A DNA stretch of 56,088 nucleotides from Opitutia bacterium (lineage in GTDB: Bacteria > Verrucomicrobiota > Verrucomicrobiia > Opitutales > Seribacteraceae). The notes under the pieces were generated by a model. That model saw nothing but the letters and a program-made list of their open reading frames with translations, searched no databases and was not told the DNA's origin. Position 1 is the first letter of the stretch, and each line of letters starts with the position of its first letter. Positions 27,120-36,619 of this stretch are shown here, one piece after another. The stretch lies in assembly GCA_018645725.1 (NCBI GenBank), contig JABGWD010000145.1, forward strand, positions 1 through 56,088, given 5' to 3'. A program made the position numbers and the translations under genes.

Positions 27120-28451
27120 ATGAAAAAGAAAATCCCCTTAACCCTCTGTCTATGTCTGCTTTTGTCTGTCCCGGGTTTCTCATCAGGGGCTGAATCGTCA
27201 CTTGAATGGAAAGGTTGGCAACCGTATTCCCCCCGCGACGAGATTCGACCGGATTTTTCCCTGAGAAAGAAGGGTGGGCCGGAAGGCAAGGGTGGACTGG
27301 TCATCCGTCAGGATGCGAAGGAAGGATTGTTCGGCGCCTGGGGCAAGACCTTCGAGATCGAGGGCGACTCTCATTACAGGGTTACGGCCTTGGCCAAGAA
27401 CCGGAAAGTCAAGAATGCGAGGTCCAACCGTTACGTGGAAGTGTTTTTTCATGGACCGGACGGCAAGTACGTCGTTGATGACCGATTGGGTGTTCATACC
27501 CGTCCCATGTATCCCTGGGATCAACCCGCGGATGCCAAGGGGTGGACCAAGTTTTCCGAAATTTTTCAGGCCCCTGCCAAAGCGACCCATGCCACTGTTC
27601 GGCTCTTTCTCAGGTGGGAACCCAAAGGTGAAGTGGAATGGGGTGCGGTGTCTTTTGAAAAATCTCCTCCACGCGAGCCGCGCAAGGCAAGGCTCGCAGC
27701 GGTGAACTTTCGCCCGAAGGGTGGCAAATCAACTCTCGACAACTGCCGGATGCTCGCTCCTTTCGTTGAAAAGGCGGCCGCCAAAAAAGCCGACATGGTG
27801 GTCTTCGGGGAGTGCATCACTACCATGAACAATGGGTTGGATCACGTAACCGGCGCCGAACCGATCCCAGGTCCCTGCACCAAGTATCTCGGAACCCTCT
27901 CGGCCAAGCACGACCTCTATCTGGTGACCACCCTTTTCGAGAGGGTGGGGCACAAGGTCTACAACACCGCCGTCATGCTGGGCCCGGATGGATCCCTTGT
28001 CGGGACCTACCGCAAGCTTTGTTTGGCTCGCGGGGAATACCGCCGGGGGGTAACCCCTGGCACCGGGTTTCCCGTTTTCGAAACCCGTTTCGGGAAAGTC
28101 GGGATGATGATATGTTTCGACGTCCATATGCCCGAGGTCGCCCGTGGTATCGCCGCCAACGGGGCGGAAGTCATTGCCATGCCGATCATGGGCGGGCATC
28201 CTGCCTTGGCCAAGGCCCGGGCGATCGAAAATCAAATCCACCTCGTCACCTCGACCTATAGCCTCAACGATGATTGGATGCAGACGGGGATATGGGATCG
28301 GGCGGGTGAACTTCATGCCCGGGCCACGACCAAGGACGAGGTTGTGATACACGAAGTCGATTTGTCCAAGCAAAACTTCTGGCGGGCCAACGTGGGTGAT
28401 TTCAGAGGCCGATTGCGCCATGAGCGGCCCCCCTTCGAATTACCCGAGTAA
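27120..28451 (+). CDS. Secreted carbon-nitrogen hydrolase (nitrilase superfamily) with N-terminal CBM-like domain
   Basis: Signal peptide; E-K-C triad in FGEC, YRK, ICFD; ARAIENQ; ~160-aa N-terminal beta-sandwich-like region. Confidence 0.85.
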   Translation: MKKKIPLTLCLCLLLSVPGFSSGAESSLEWKGWQPYSPRDEIRPDFSLRKKGGPEGKGGLVIRQDAKEGLFGAWGKTFEIEGDSHYRVTALAKNRKVKNARSNRYVEVFFHGPDGKYVVDDRLGVHTRPMYPWDQPADAKGWTKFSEIFQAPAKATHATVRLFLRWEPKGEVEWGAVSFEKSPPREPRKARLAAVNFRPKGGKSTLDNCRMLAPFVEKAAAKKADMVVFGECITTMNNGLDHVTGAEPIPGPCTKYLGTLSAKHDLYLVTTLFERVGHKVYNTAVMLGPDGSLVGTYRKLCLARGEYRRGVTPGTGFPVFETRFGKVGMMICFDVHMPEVARGIAANGAEVIAMPIMGGHPALAKARAIENQIHLVTSTYSLNDDWMQTGIWDRAGELHARATTKDEVVIHEVDLSKQNFWRANVGDFRGRLRHERPPFELPE

Positions 28452-28455
28452 AAGG

Positions 28456-29202
28456 TCACTCCTTTTCAAGGCACCATTTCACGGCATTGAGCAGAAGCTT
28501 GTCGAAGGCCGGTTTCTTAAAATCCTCCACGTGTCCGAGGGAGGTGTAGAACACTTTTCCGCCGGAAGGTGATCGGTGTGTCCACGCAACCGGTTCGGAG
28601 GGAAAACCCTCGATTGTTCCCCGAAGCAACGGGCTCGATTTCTTGGGCAGGGGGGAGTTGCGGTAAAGCGAGGCAGGCGTATCGAAGGGGAGCTTGACTC
28701 CCTTTGAAATCGGATGCTCGGGGCCGGAGGGAAAACGGTCGATCCGGCAGGGTTTTCCTCCGCCGTGGTGCCCGTTGTAGTTGCCCCCGATGATTTTCCT
28801 GTCCCAATCGTTCCAAGTCTCGTGACCCTCGGGCAAGGTTTCCTTGCGCAGGGCGAAGGCGTGGGATGCCGTGCGGATACCAAGGACGGGTTTGCCGTCC
28901 GCGACGTGCTTGCGGATCAAGCTCATGGTCTTGCCTGAAAAAGCCCGTCGTCGGGCACTGACGAAGAGTAAGTCGGCATCGGCGATTGCCCCGGCATTCT
29001 TGAGAACGTGACGATTGGACCCTTCATCCTCGGCCTTGCAGTAGCGGATGACATACTTGTCCCCGAGGTTTTCCTTGGCAAAGACAGGGAGGGTCTCGTC
29101 GGTTTGGTATTCGCGTTCGGCGATGAGAAAGACGATGGTCGGTTTGTTCGCTTCCGCCGTGGTGAAGACAAGTAAGGGTAAGAGGGTCGAGAGTATTTTC
29201 AT
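28456..29202 (-). CDS. ThuA-like (class I glutamine amidotransferase-like fold) secreted protein
   Basis: ATG 29202 gives signal peptide MKILSTLLPLLVFTTAEA; GIRTASHAF, EPVAW, VFYTSLGH. Confidence 0.85.
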   Translation of the reverse strand: MKILSTLLPLLVFTTAEANKPTIVFLIAEREYQTDETLPVFAKENLGDKYVIRYCKAEDEGSNRHVLKNAGAIADADLLFVSARRRAFSGKTMSLIRKHVADGKPVLGIRTASHAFALRKETLPEGHETWNDWDRKIIGGNYNGHHGGGKPCRIDRFPSGPEHPISKGVKLPFDTPASLYRNSPLPKKSSPLLRGTIEGFPSEPVAWTHRSPSGGKVFYTSLGHVEDFKKPAFDKLLLNAVKWCLEKE

Positions 29203-29263
29203 GGACTTTATCCATGCAATGATCCGAAGCAAGGTCGAGGGATAAAAATCTCCCGAATATACT

Positions 29264-29299
29264 TTCCCTATTGACTGGCGAGACATAGGGAATTGAAAT
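29264..29299 (+). promoter_or_regulatory. Candidate operator/promoter in divergent thuA-like / SDR intergenic region
   Basis: Inverted repeat TTCCCTAT-N13-ATAGGGAA (29264-29292) overlapping TTGACT (29271-29276), with TGAAAT 17 nt downstream. Confidence 0.45.
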
Positions 29300-29385
29300 A
29301 TCAACCATATCCCAAATATAAAAATAACGAGACTTTTCACTTTAGTCTTCTAGAACCCCTTCCTTTTGATCATCCTTCCTTACTC

Positions 29386-30141
29386 ATGAATTTTTCTTTG
29401 TCACAAAAAGTTGCCTTGGTAACGGGGAGCAGTCGCGGTTTGGGTCGGGGCGTGGCCATGACTCTCGGAAAGGCGGGAGCCAAGGTCGTCCTGAATTACT
29501 TGAATGACCGGGAGTCAGCGGAGAGAACCTTGACGGAACTCCGGGATCAAAACGTGAACGCCATGCTTGTACGGGCCGATGCCTCCGATCCCGATCAGGT
29601 TGCGGCCATGGTCGAGGCGGTGGAGGAAAAATTCGGTGCTCTTGACATACTGGTTCCCAATGCCACACCCGATCAACCGCAAAAGCCGATCGAGGAATAC
29701 GATGCCGACTTCTACCGGCAAATGTATGAATTTTTCGTTCTCAGTCCTTATCACCTGGCCCGGGCCGTTTTGCCCGGAATGAAGGAACGCAAGTGGGGAC
29801 GGATCATCAATATCACCAGTGAGGTCTTTCATTGCAGCGTTCCCGAATTCAGCGCCTACGTTGCGGCCAAGGGTGGGCAAATCGGGTGGAGCCGGAGCAT
29901 GGCGAACGAATTGGCTCCCTTTGGCATTACGGTGAACACGGTGGCTCCCGGATGGATTCCGACCGAACGTCATGAGAACGACCCGCAGGATGCCAAGGAC
30001 GCCTATCTCGAGACGGTTCCGTTGGGTCGGTGGGGCACGCCCGAGGACGTCGGAAACGCGGTGGCGTACTTTTCCTCGGAGGAAGCCTCTTTCATAACTG
30101 GCCAAACTTTGTGCGTGAACGGTGGGCGTACTCCGTGGTAG
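29386..30141 (+). CDS. SDR family oxidoreductase (FabG-like)
   Basis: TGSSRGLG, YVAAK, VNTVAPG, PLGRWG, ITGQTLCVNGG. Confidence 0.92.
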   Translation: MNFSLSQKVALVTGSSRGLGRGVAMTLGKAGAKVVLNYLNDRESAERTLTELRDQNVNAMLVRADASDPDQVAAMVEAVEEKFGALDILVPNATPDQPQKPIEEYDADFYRQMYEFFVLSPYHLARAVLPGMKERKWGRIINITSEVFHCSVPEFSAYVAAKGGQIGWSRSMANELAPFGITVNTVAPGWIPTERHENDPQDAKDAYLETVPLGRWGTPEDVGNAVAYFSSEEASFITGQTLCVNGGRTPW

Positions 30142-30198
30142 TATCCTTTCTTAGCAGATTTCAATCAAACCCTAATCATCCCGAAAATCCTCAGCATT

Positions 30199-31257
30199 AT
30201 GAAGTTTCCCGCAAAAAAATCGCTCCTTCGCAGTTCGATTCATCTAGTTCTTGTTTACGCGCTTTCCCTCTTTGCCTCTTGTGGCAAAGGGAACGATGAC
30301 TCTGGTGAGAAAAAGTTACGTATTGCCTTCGTAACGAACCAAATTGCCGACTTCTGGAACATTGCCAAAGCGGGTTGTCGTGATGCATCCAAGGACTTGG
30401 GCATTGAAATTGAAGTCAAAATGCCCCCCGAACGTTCGGCTACCTTGCAAAAGCAAATCGTGGAGGATCTCGTCAATTCGGGCATTGAAGGCATTGCCAT
30501 CAGCCCTTTGGATGCGGATAACCAGACGGCTTGGCTCAATAGCATTGCGGATAAGTTGCCACTGATTACCCACGATTCCGATGCTCCGCAATCCAATCGA
30601 AGAGCTTACGTTGGCATGGACAACTACAAGGCTGGCCGCATGTGCGGACAACTTGTCAAGGAGGCCCTTCCGGATGGCGGGGGTGTCATTCTTTTCATCG
30701 GAGGAATGGGACAGGATAATTCCAAGCATCGCAGGCAAGGCGTAATTGATGAATTGTTCGATCGCCAGCGACCCGAAAAACTGGATACCAACAACTACGA
30801 TCTGGATCTTGAAAAGGTCTTGGATTCCGGAAAGTATCAAATTATCCGTACGATCTTGGCTGATGGTCAGAATGCCAAGTCGAAGGCTGCTGATTCCATC
30901 AACGCATATCCTGAAATGAAAGCCATGGTCGGTCTTTTCGAATACAACCCACCGGGTTGCTACAAGGCTCTTGAGCAGGCCGAAAAGCTTGGTGAAATCA
31001 AAATCATTGGGTTTGATGAGAACGACGTGACCTTGCAGGGAATCAAGGACGGAACCATCACGGGAACGATCGTTCAAGATCCATACCAGTACGGTTACCA
31101 GTCAGCGGTCATTCTCAAGAGCCTTCTCGAGGGCAAGGAATTGAAGGAAACTTTCATTGACATTCCTCCCCGCAAGGTCGTCCGAAAAGCGACCAAGGAA
31201 GGCGAGGTTGACGTGGATGAGTATTGGGCCGACCTCAAGGCCAAGAAGGCCGGTTGA
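30199..31257 (+). CDS. Sugar ABC transporter substrate-binding lipoprotein (RbsB-like)
   Basis: Lipobox LFASC; GIAISP, THDSD, YVGMDNYKAG, IIGFD, IVQDPY. Confidence 0.92.
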   Translation: MKFPAKKSLLRSSIHLVLVYALSLFASCGKGNDDSGEKKLRIAFVTNQIADFWNIAKAGCRDASKDLGIEIEVKMPPERSATLQKQIVEDLVNSGIEGIAISPLDADNQTAWLNSIADKLPLITHDSDAPQSNRRAYVGMDNYKAGRMCGQLVKEALPDGGGVILFIGGMGQDNSKHRRQGVIDELFDRQRPEKLDTNNYDLDLEKVLDSGKYQIIRTILADGQNAKSKAADSINAYPEMKAMVGLFEYNPPGCYKALEQAEKLGEIKIIGFDENDVTLQGIKDGTITGTIVQDPYQYGYQSAVILKSLLEGKELKETFIDIPPRKVVRKATKEGEVDVDEYWADLKAKKAG

Positions 31258-31275
31258 CCCTCTGACGAGAATCCG

Positions 31276-32817
31276 GTGCAAGATTCCGATCCTAGCGGAG
31301 AGCGCGATTCGGGAGGGACAACCCTGCTCGAATGCAAGGGCATCGGGAAATCCTTTCCGGGCGTTCGCGCATTGGATGGGGTAAACCTTTCCTTGCAAAA
31401 AGGGCAGGTTCTTTCCCTCATCGGAGAAAATGGAGCAGGCAAAAGCACCTTGATGAAAATCCTGGCCGGCGTGCAACCGCCGGATGAAGGAGAGATTTTG
31501 CTTGATGGGAAGCCTGTCGAGATCGAATCCACTCGGGCAGCTTTGGATCTCGGAATTTCATTGATTCATCAGGAACTCAACTTGGCTACCAACCTAAGTG
31601 TGGGGGCAAACGTTTTCTTGGGGAGAGAACCCTTGCGCGGAGGGTTGATTGACGAATCCACGATCAAGAAAGAATCGGCAAAATTCCTCAAGATGGTCGG
31701 GCTTGACGTTTCCCCCGATACGCTGGTGGGAGACCTCACCATCGGCCGGCAGCAAATGGTGGAGATTGCCAAGGCTCTTTCCGTGAACGCCCGAGTCCTG
31801 ATCATGGACGAACCGACCTCCAGTCTTTCTCAAGCCGAAGCTGAAAACCTCTTTGTGGTGATCAAGGATTTGCGGGCCCGTGGGGTGAGCGTGATTTACA
31901 TCTCCCACCGTCTGGGCGAGGTGAAGGAACTTTCCGATCACGTCACCGTGATGCGGGATGGTGAAAATGCGGGTGAACTAAGCCGTGATGAGGTCACCCA
32001 TGAGGCCATGGTCCGACTCATGGTCGGTCGTGATCTTTCCGAGTACTATGAGCGCAAGGATCGCGAAAAAGGCGACCTTGCCCTTGAGGTCAAAAAGCTG
32101 AGGACACCGGTCCATCCCCAGCACGAACTTACTTTCTCCGTTGCATCGGGTGAAATCGTCGGGATTGCCGGGTTGGTCGGGGCGGGGCGTACGGAAATGC
32201 TCGAGACTCTTTTTGGCGTTACGCCCGCGCTTGGTGGATCGATTCAAGTATCAGGCGCGGAATTGGAACTCGATTCGCCTGTCTCTGCCATTGCGGCTGG
32301 AATCGCATTGGCTCCGGAGGATCGCAAACAGCAAGGTCTGGTCATAGACATGACGGTCCGTGAAAACCTCAGTTTGGCTGCACTCAGGAGAGATCAAAAG
32401 AAAGCCGGCTTCCTTGATTTTGCGAAGGAGAAAAAGATTTCCGAAGAAATGATCACGGCCATGCGGGTCAAGACACCCAACGAAAATCAGATCATCCGTT
32501 ACCTTTCGGGAGGAAATCAACAGAAGGTCGTACTGGGGAAATGGTTGGCCATGAAACCCAAGATCCTGCTCCTTGACGAACCGACTCGCGGAATTGACGT
32601 CGGTGCCAAGAGTGAGATTTACGCATTGATGGAGGAACTGGCTGAGTCCGGAGTTGCGATCCTTTACGTTTCCAGTGAAATGGAGGAGATACTCGGGATG
32701 GCCGACCGGGCCTTGGTTATGCACGAGGGTCGCATAACCGGGGAATTGACCCGAGAGGAATTAACCGAAGAAAACGTAATGCAACTCGCTACGGGAGGAG
32801 AAAAGACGGCCGCTTGA
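31276..32817 (+). CDS. Sugar ABC transporter ATP-binding protein (RbsA/MglA-like, two NBDs)
   Basis: GENGAGKST, IMDEPT, GLVGAGRTE, LSGGNQQK, LLDEPTRG. Confidence 0.95.
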   Translation: MQDSDPSGERDSGGTTLLECKGIGKSFPGVRALDGVNLSLQKGQVLSLIGENGAGKSTLMKILAGVQPPDEGEILLDGKPVEIESTRAALDLGISLIHQELNLATNLSVGANVFLGREPLRGGLIDESTIKKESAKFLKMVGLDVSPDTLVGDLTIGRQQMVEIAKALSVNARVLIMDEPTSSLSQAEAENLFVVIKDLRARGVSVIYISHRLGEVKELSDHVTVMRDGENAGELSRDEVTHEAMVRLMVGRDLSEYYERKDREKGDLALEVKKLRTPVHPQHELTFSVASGEIVGIAGLVGAGRTEMLETLFGVTPALGGSIQVSGAELELDSPVSAIAAGIALAPEDRKQQGLVIDMTVRENLSLAALRRDQKKAGFLDFAKEKKISEEMITAMRVKTPNENQIIRYLSGGNQQKVVLGKWLAMKPKILLLDEPTRGIDVGAKSEIYALMEELAESGVAILYVSSEMEEILGMADRALVMHEGRITGELTREELTEENVMQLATGGEKTAA

Positions 32818-32843
32818 ATCGATACCGAAGAAATTAAATTCAT

Positions 32844-34337
32844 ATGAACGTTAAAATACTTGGAATTACTCTGCTCTTGGTGGGCCTTTGGCTCTTTTTG
32901 GCCGTTCAGGTGCCGGAGGGATTTCTGAATGGAAACAACATGTTCAATTTGTTTCTCCGTACTGCCATGTATGGAGTCCTTGGAATCGGGGTTGCTTTTG
33001 TCATCATTACTGCCGGGATCGATCTCTCGATTGGTTCCATCGTTTGCCTGAGCGGCGTTCTGCTCTCCCTTTTTCTTTCCGTGAGTTATGATCCTACGGA
33101 TCGTGAGCATGTTCTTGAAATCGATCCCCAACGGCAAGTCATTGTGCTTGCCGAGCAGACCGATCGTTTCGAGGCAGGCGATCAACTCCGTTATTACGGA
33201 AGTACTCAAGCCCGTAGCACGGTGGTTACCCTTGTTGGTGTTGAACAAGTTGTAACCGAAGATGACGGAGGAAACTCCGTTTCACGCTCATTGCTTCGGG
33301 TGAATGGATTGAATCCGGCCACCTCCAAGGCTAGTGACGGGTTTCTCGCGACGCTTTTCCCGGTCAAGGGGGTCGATACGGAAAAGGGTACGGTCACTGT
33401 CGAAGGTCAGCTTGCGGGGCTGGAAGCTCGGGATCAGATCCGCTTTATCAAGCCGAGTGGCGGCATGGAGCAAATCGTGGTGGGAAGGACTGAATCGGTC
33501 GATGGTAACACGCGGGTGAGTATGGAGGGAGACATGGGTGCCCTCGACGCGGGTTGGCTTGCCATGCCTCTTTTCCGGGATCAGACGATGCCGATTCCCG
33601 TTGCCTTGCTTTCCGTTCTTGGCATCGCTCTTCTTTTGGGGGTCGTACATGGTCTGCTCGTAACGAAAATTCACCTGCAGCCCTTTGTCGTCACGCTCTG
33701 CGGATTGCTCCTTTACCGGGGGATTTCCCGTTGGCTTGTTAACGATCGGGATACCGGTTATGGGAACGAATACGAGTCTTCGCTATCCCTTCTGACCAAT
33801 GGCAAATTCGAATTGTTTACCTTGGGCGAACCCTACGGGACCTATTCGATTCCCTACGCCTTTTTCATTTTTATCCTCGTCGCGATATTGGCCGCGGTCT
33901 TTCTGAACAAGACAATTTACGGGAGGTATATGCTCGCCCTGGGCCGTAACGTCGAAGCCGCCCGTTTCTCGGGTATAGACACGGATCGAATGACGATAAT
34001 CGGCTATGTCATTTGTACGGTCATGGGTGCGTTGGGCGGACTGTTCTTCCTCAATTACTCCAACTCCATAGCCCCTTCCTCGCACGGAAACTTCTTCGAG
34101 TTGTATGCCATTGCAGCGGCTGTTCTGGGAGGTTGTAGTCTCAGGGGTGGAGAGGGAAGCATTCTTGGGGTGGTCGTTGGAACGGCCCTCATGGTTACCC
34201 TGAAGATGTTCATTAACTTGATGAAGATCTCGGATACGCTGGAGTTTGCCATAATCGGGATCGTTATTCTGGTGGGCGTAGTGGCGGACGAGTTGCTCAA
34301 GAAGGCGGTTGCCCGCCGGCAGGCTTCCAAGTCATAG
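32844..34337 (+). CDS. Sugar ABC transporter permease (RbsC-like) with ~170-aa soluble insertion
   Basis: AGIDLSIGS, PFVVTL, ALGRNVEAARFSGI, ELYAIAAAVLGGCSLRGGEG; 497 aa versus the usual ~320-330. Confidence 0.92.
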   Translation: MNVKILGITLLLVGLWLFLAVQVPEGFLNGNNMFNLFLRTAMYGVLGIGVAFVIITAGIDLSIGSIVCLSGVLLSLFLSVSYDPTDREHVLEIDPQRQVIVLAEQTDRFEAGDQLRYYGSTQARSTVVTLVGVEQVVTEDDGGNSVSRSLLRVNGLNPATSKASDGFLATLFPVKGVDTEKGTVTVEGQLAGLEARDQIRFIKPSGGMEQIVVGRTESVDGNTRVSMEGDMGALDAGWLAMPLFRDQTMPIPVALLSVLGIALLLGVVHGLLVTKIHLQPFVVTLCGLLLYRGISRWLVNDRDTGYGNEYESSLSLLTNGKFELFTLGEPYGTYSIPYAFFIFILVAILAAVFLNKTIYGRYMLALGRNVEAARFSGIDTDRMTIIGYVICTVMGALGGLFFLNYSNSIAPSSHGNFFELYAIAAAVLGGCSLRGGEGSILGVVVGTALMVTLKMFINLMKISDTLEFAIIGIVILVGVVADELLKKAVARRQASKS

Positions 34338-34408
34338 GGCGAAAAGCCTTGGCGGTTTCCGTGCCTTGCGCCATCTTGGCATGCTTTTGACTTGCCCCAG
34401 ATATTACC

Positions 34409-36301
34409 ATGAGTTCATCCGACAACGAATCCCTTGCCTTGAGTCCAATTAACGAGTTTCTTGTTTCGAACAACCTTCGAATCAGCGACAACCCATGCGT
34501 GAGTCAGGATTTTTGTCTCGATTGGAGTGCCTTCGTTCGAACGGTCGAGCAAGGAGGTGTTGTCGAGGAATTTCCCGAGAGCGCATTCGTGACCGAGCAT
34601 GGGAACTGGGTGTTGGTGGAGAGCGAGCAAGGGGATCACGCTTGGTGCCTGAGTTCCGAACAAGGCTCGGCGCAGACGGATGTTTTGGCGAATGGGGTAG
34701 AGTTGGCAGGAACCGCTTTTTTCCCCGCAAGTTTCGAGAACCTGATCGGGCTCAAGAATCTTCTGCAGGAAAGGGATGATAAAAACACCGCCTTTCCGAC
34801 TGCCGGAGGAGACCTTGGGAAATCGACCCTTGGGATCGGTGCCCGCTTCACGACCCTGCACTGGGATGGAGTGGATTGGGCCATGAGCCGTTTGGGCAAA
34901 GGACTTACGGCCAACCAGAACAGCATACCCAGAGAGCTGGTCTACGACGTCGACGAGATGCTTGCGGACAACTTGGATTCCGTTCCGTTTCCTTTCATCG
35001 GTTGTGACGTACCCGAAGGACACCAAGGTCAGAGTGTGGAGGGGATGACTCATGGTTGCGTATTGGCCAAGTTCAAAAATGGGTTTCACAAGATTGGGAT
35101 TCCCTGGAGTTTCAATGCCGACCACCAGCCCATCGGGGGCAAGTTCGATGAGCGCGAGGATCAACTGGTCGCCGGTTGCATGTTCGCCAGTTACATCACC
35201 TTCGATCTATCTCCAGAGTTGGCCATTACCGAAGTGCCCGAGGACGCCGATGCCAAAGCCTCTTTCGTGAAAGATGAAATACCCGCAGACTTGGTCGAGG
35301 CCACCCGCAAGCGGGTCGAGCAAGCGGGCTTGTCACCTACCGAAGACGAATTCAACGGTTTGCTTGCCTACGTTTGGCCGGCGATGAAGAAAATGAAGGT
35401 TCGGGACGAAAAATACCGGGCTATCCGTGAGAAAAATTTCACGACCAAGCTCGGTTGCGAATACCTGCGGGAATTGTCGATTGACGAGCTTCCCGGCTTG
35501 ACCACTCCCGAGACGACGGCAGTCATGCTTGCTCTGTCCTTCGAGATGGGAATGGACGTCCACTTTGTCGCCCCGGCTTTTGGTTTCCAAAAGAACATTC
35601 CGTATCCCGACAACGACCAACTGCGTAAGATGGTTGAGCCGATCTGGTCGGTCTGTGAGTCTTTCGGGGTTTCCATCGGCTTCCATTCGGGATCCGGAAA
35701 GTCGGCGGAAAATTATCAGGGCGTGGGCGAGGGGACCGGTAGCAACCTGGAAATCAAGACCAGTGGCCGTTACACTTACGAGATGGGGGTAGCTTTGTCC
35801 CGTTCCAAGGATCCGAACGATCAGGCTCTCTGGAAGGACTGGTACGCTTTTACCGTGGAATTGGCTTCAAGCGGATGTTTTGCCGAAGACGAGACGGAAA
35901 GAAACATGGCTCGCGAGTTCGTTCGGTTGACCATTGGCGATCAGGCGGACGAGGCATTCGAAAGCGAATCGGCTTGCCGCTCGATTTTGGGAGCCTTGGA
36001 ACCTAGTCCGGAAGATTTCTTTTGGTTCGAGTACAACTTTCTTTACGTTCTGGCTGCCGAAGGCAGCTCGCTAAAGGAATCATTGGGTGACCACTCGCCG
36101 GCCGGTTATCGTCAACGCAGTCGGTTTTACGCAATCAGTGACGAGGGTCGTCTTCTTTACGCCCAAAGAGTGGCGGAGTATATTCTGTTCTTGGCGGAGA
36201 CGACGGGAATCTCGACCTCCGAGACATGTGACCGGGCAAGAGAGGAACTTCAGTCTTTTTCGAGCTTCGAGGATTTCCTTAAGAGCATTTCCGGAAATTG
36301 A
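34409..36301 (+). CDS. Tagaturonate epimerase (UxaE) family protein, divergent
   Basis: ANQNSIPRE, NADH, ELSIDE, FVAP, FHSGSGK, IKTSG resemble UxaE motifs (Q-S-x-RE, DADH, SVDE, HSGSDK, KTAG) as recalled from the family. Confidence 0.72.
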   Translation: MSSSDNESLALSPINEFLVSNNLRISDNPCVSQDFCLDWSAFVRTVEQGGVVEEFPESAFVTEHGNWVLVESEQGDHAWCLSSEQGSAQTDVLANGVELAGTAFFPASFENLIGLKNLLQERDDKNTAFPTAGGDLGKSTLGIGARFTTLHWDGVDWAMSRLGKGLTANQNSIPRELVYDVDEMLADNLDSVPFPFIGCDVPEGHQGQSVEGMTHGCVLAKFKNGFHKIGIPWSFNADHQPIGGKFDEREDQLVAGCMFASYITFDLSPELAITEVPEDADAKASFVKDEIPADLVEATRKRVEQAGLSPTEDEFNGLLAYVWPAMKKMKVRDEKYRAIREKNFTTKLGCEYLRELSIDELPGLTTPETTAVMLALSFEMGMDVHFVAPAFGFQKNIPYPDNDQLRKMVEPIWSVCESFGVSIGFHSGSGKSAENYQGVGEGTGSNLEIKTSGRYTYEMGVALSRSKDPNDQALWKDWYAFTVELASSGCFAEDETERNMAREFVRLTIGDQADEAFESESACRSILGALEPSPEDFFWFEYNFLYVLAAEGSSLKESLGDHSPAGYRQRSRFYAISDEGRLLYAQRVAEYILFLAETTGISTSETCDRAREELQSFSSFEDFLKSISGN

Positions 36302-36302
36302 C

Positions 36303-36614
36303 CTAACTGGTCTTCTCGCGGTCGGAGTGTCCGAGATCCTTTTCCGGGTCTACGAGATCTCGTATTCTTTGCTTGAGAGTCTTGACGTCGGGAAAGCCTC
36401 CGTCTCTTTTCCTGCACCAGATCAATTGATCTCCGCAGGTAATCCTGAAACGACCTGATTCCGTCCGGCAAGGACGCAAGCAGACCTCATCGATTTCCGT
36501 TTCGAAGGTCGAGAGGATTTCCTGAGCCATCCATGACGACCTCAGCAACCATCGACAACCCGGGCAATATTCAATGACAACACTAGGTTCTTTCGGTGGA
36601 TTCGATTCTTTCAT
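36303..36614 (-). CDS. SelT/SelW/SelH (Rdx) family protein, Cys form
   Basis: IEYCPGCRWLLRSSWMAQEILSTF, RKRDGGFP, LKQRIRD, DLGHSD. Confidence 0.93.
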   Translation of the reverse strand: MKESNPPKEPSVVIEYCPGCRWLLRSSWMAQEILSTFETEIDEVCLRPCRTESGRFRITCGDQLIWCRKRDGGFPDVKTLKQRIRDLVDPEKDLGHSDREKTS

Positions 36615-36619
36615 TTGAA

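Noticed and set aside
36303-36614. Selenoprotein with UGA readthrough
   Set aside because: The motif is CPGC with ordinary Cys codons; there is no in-frame TGA.
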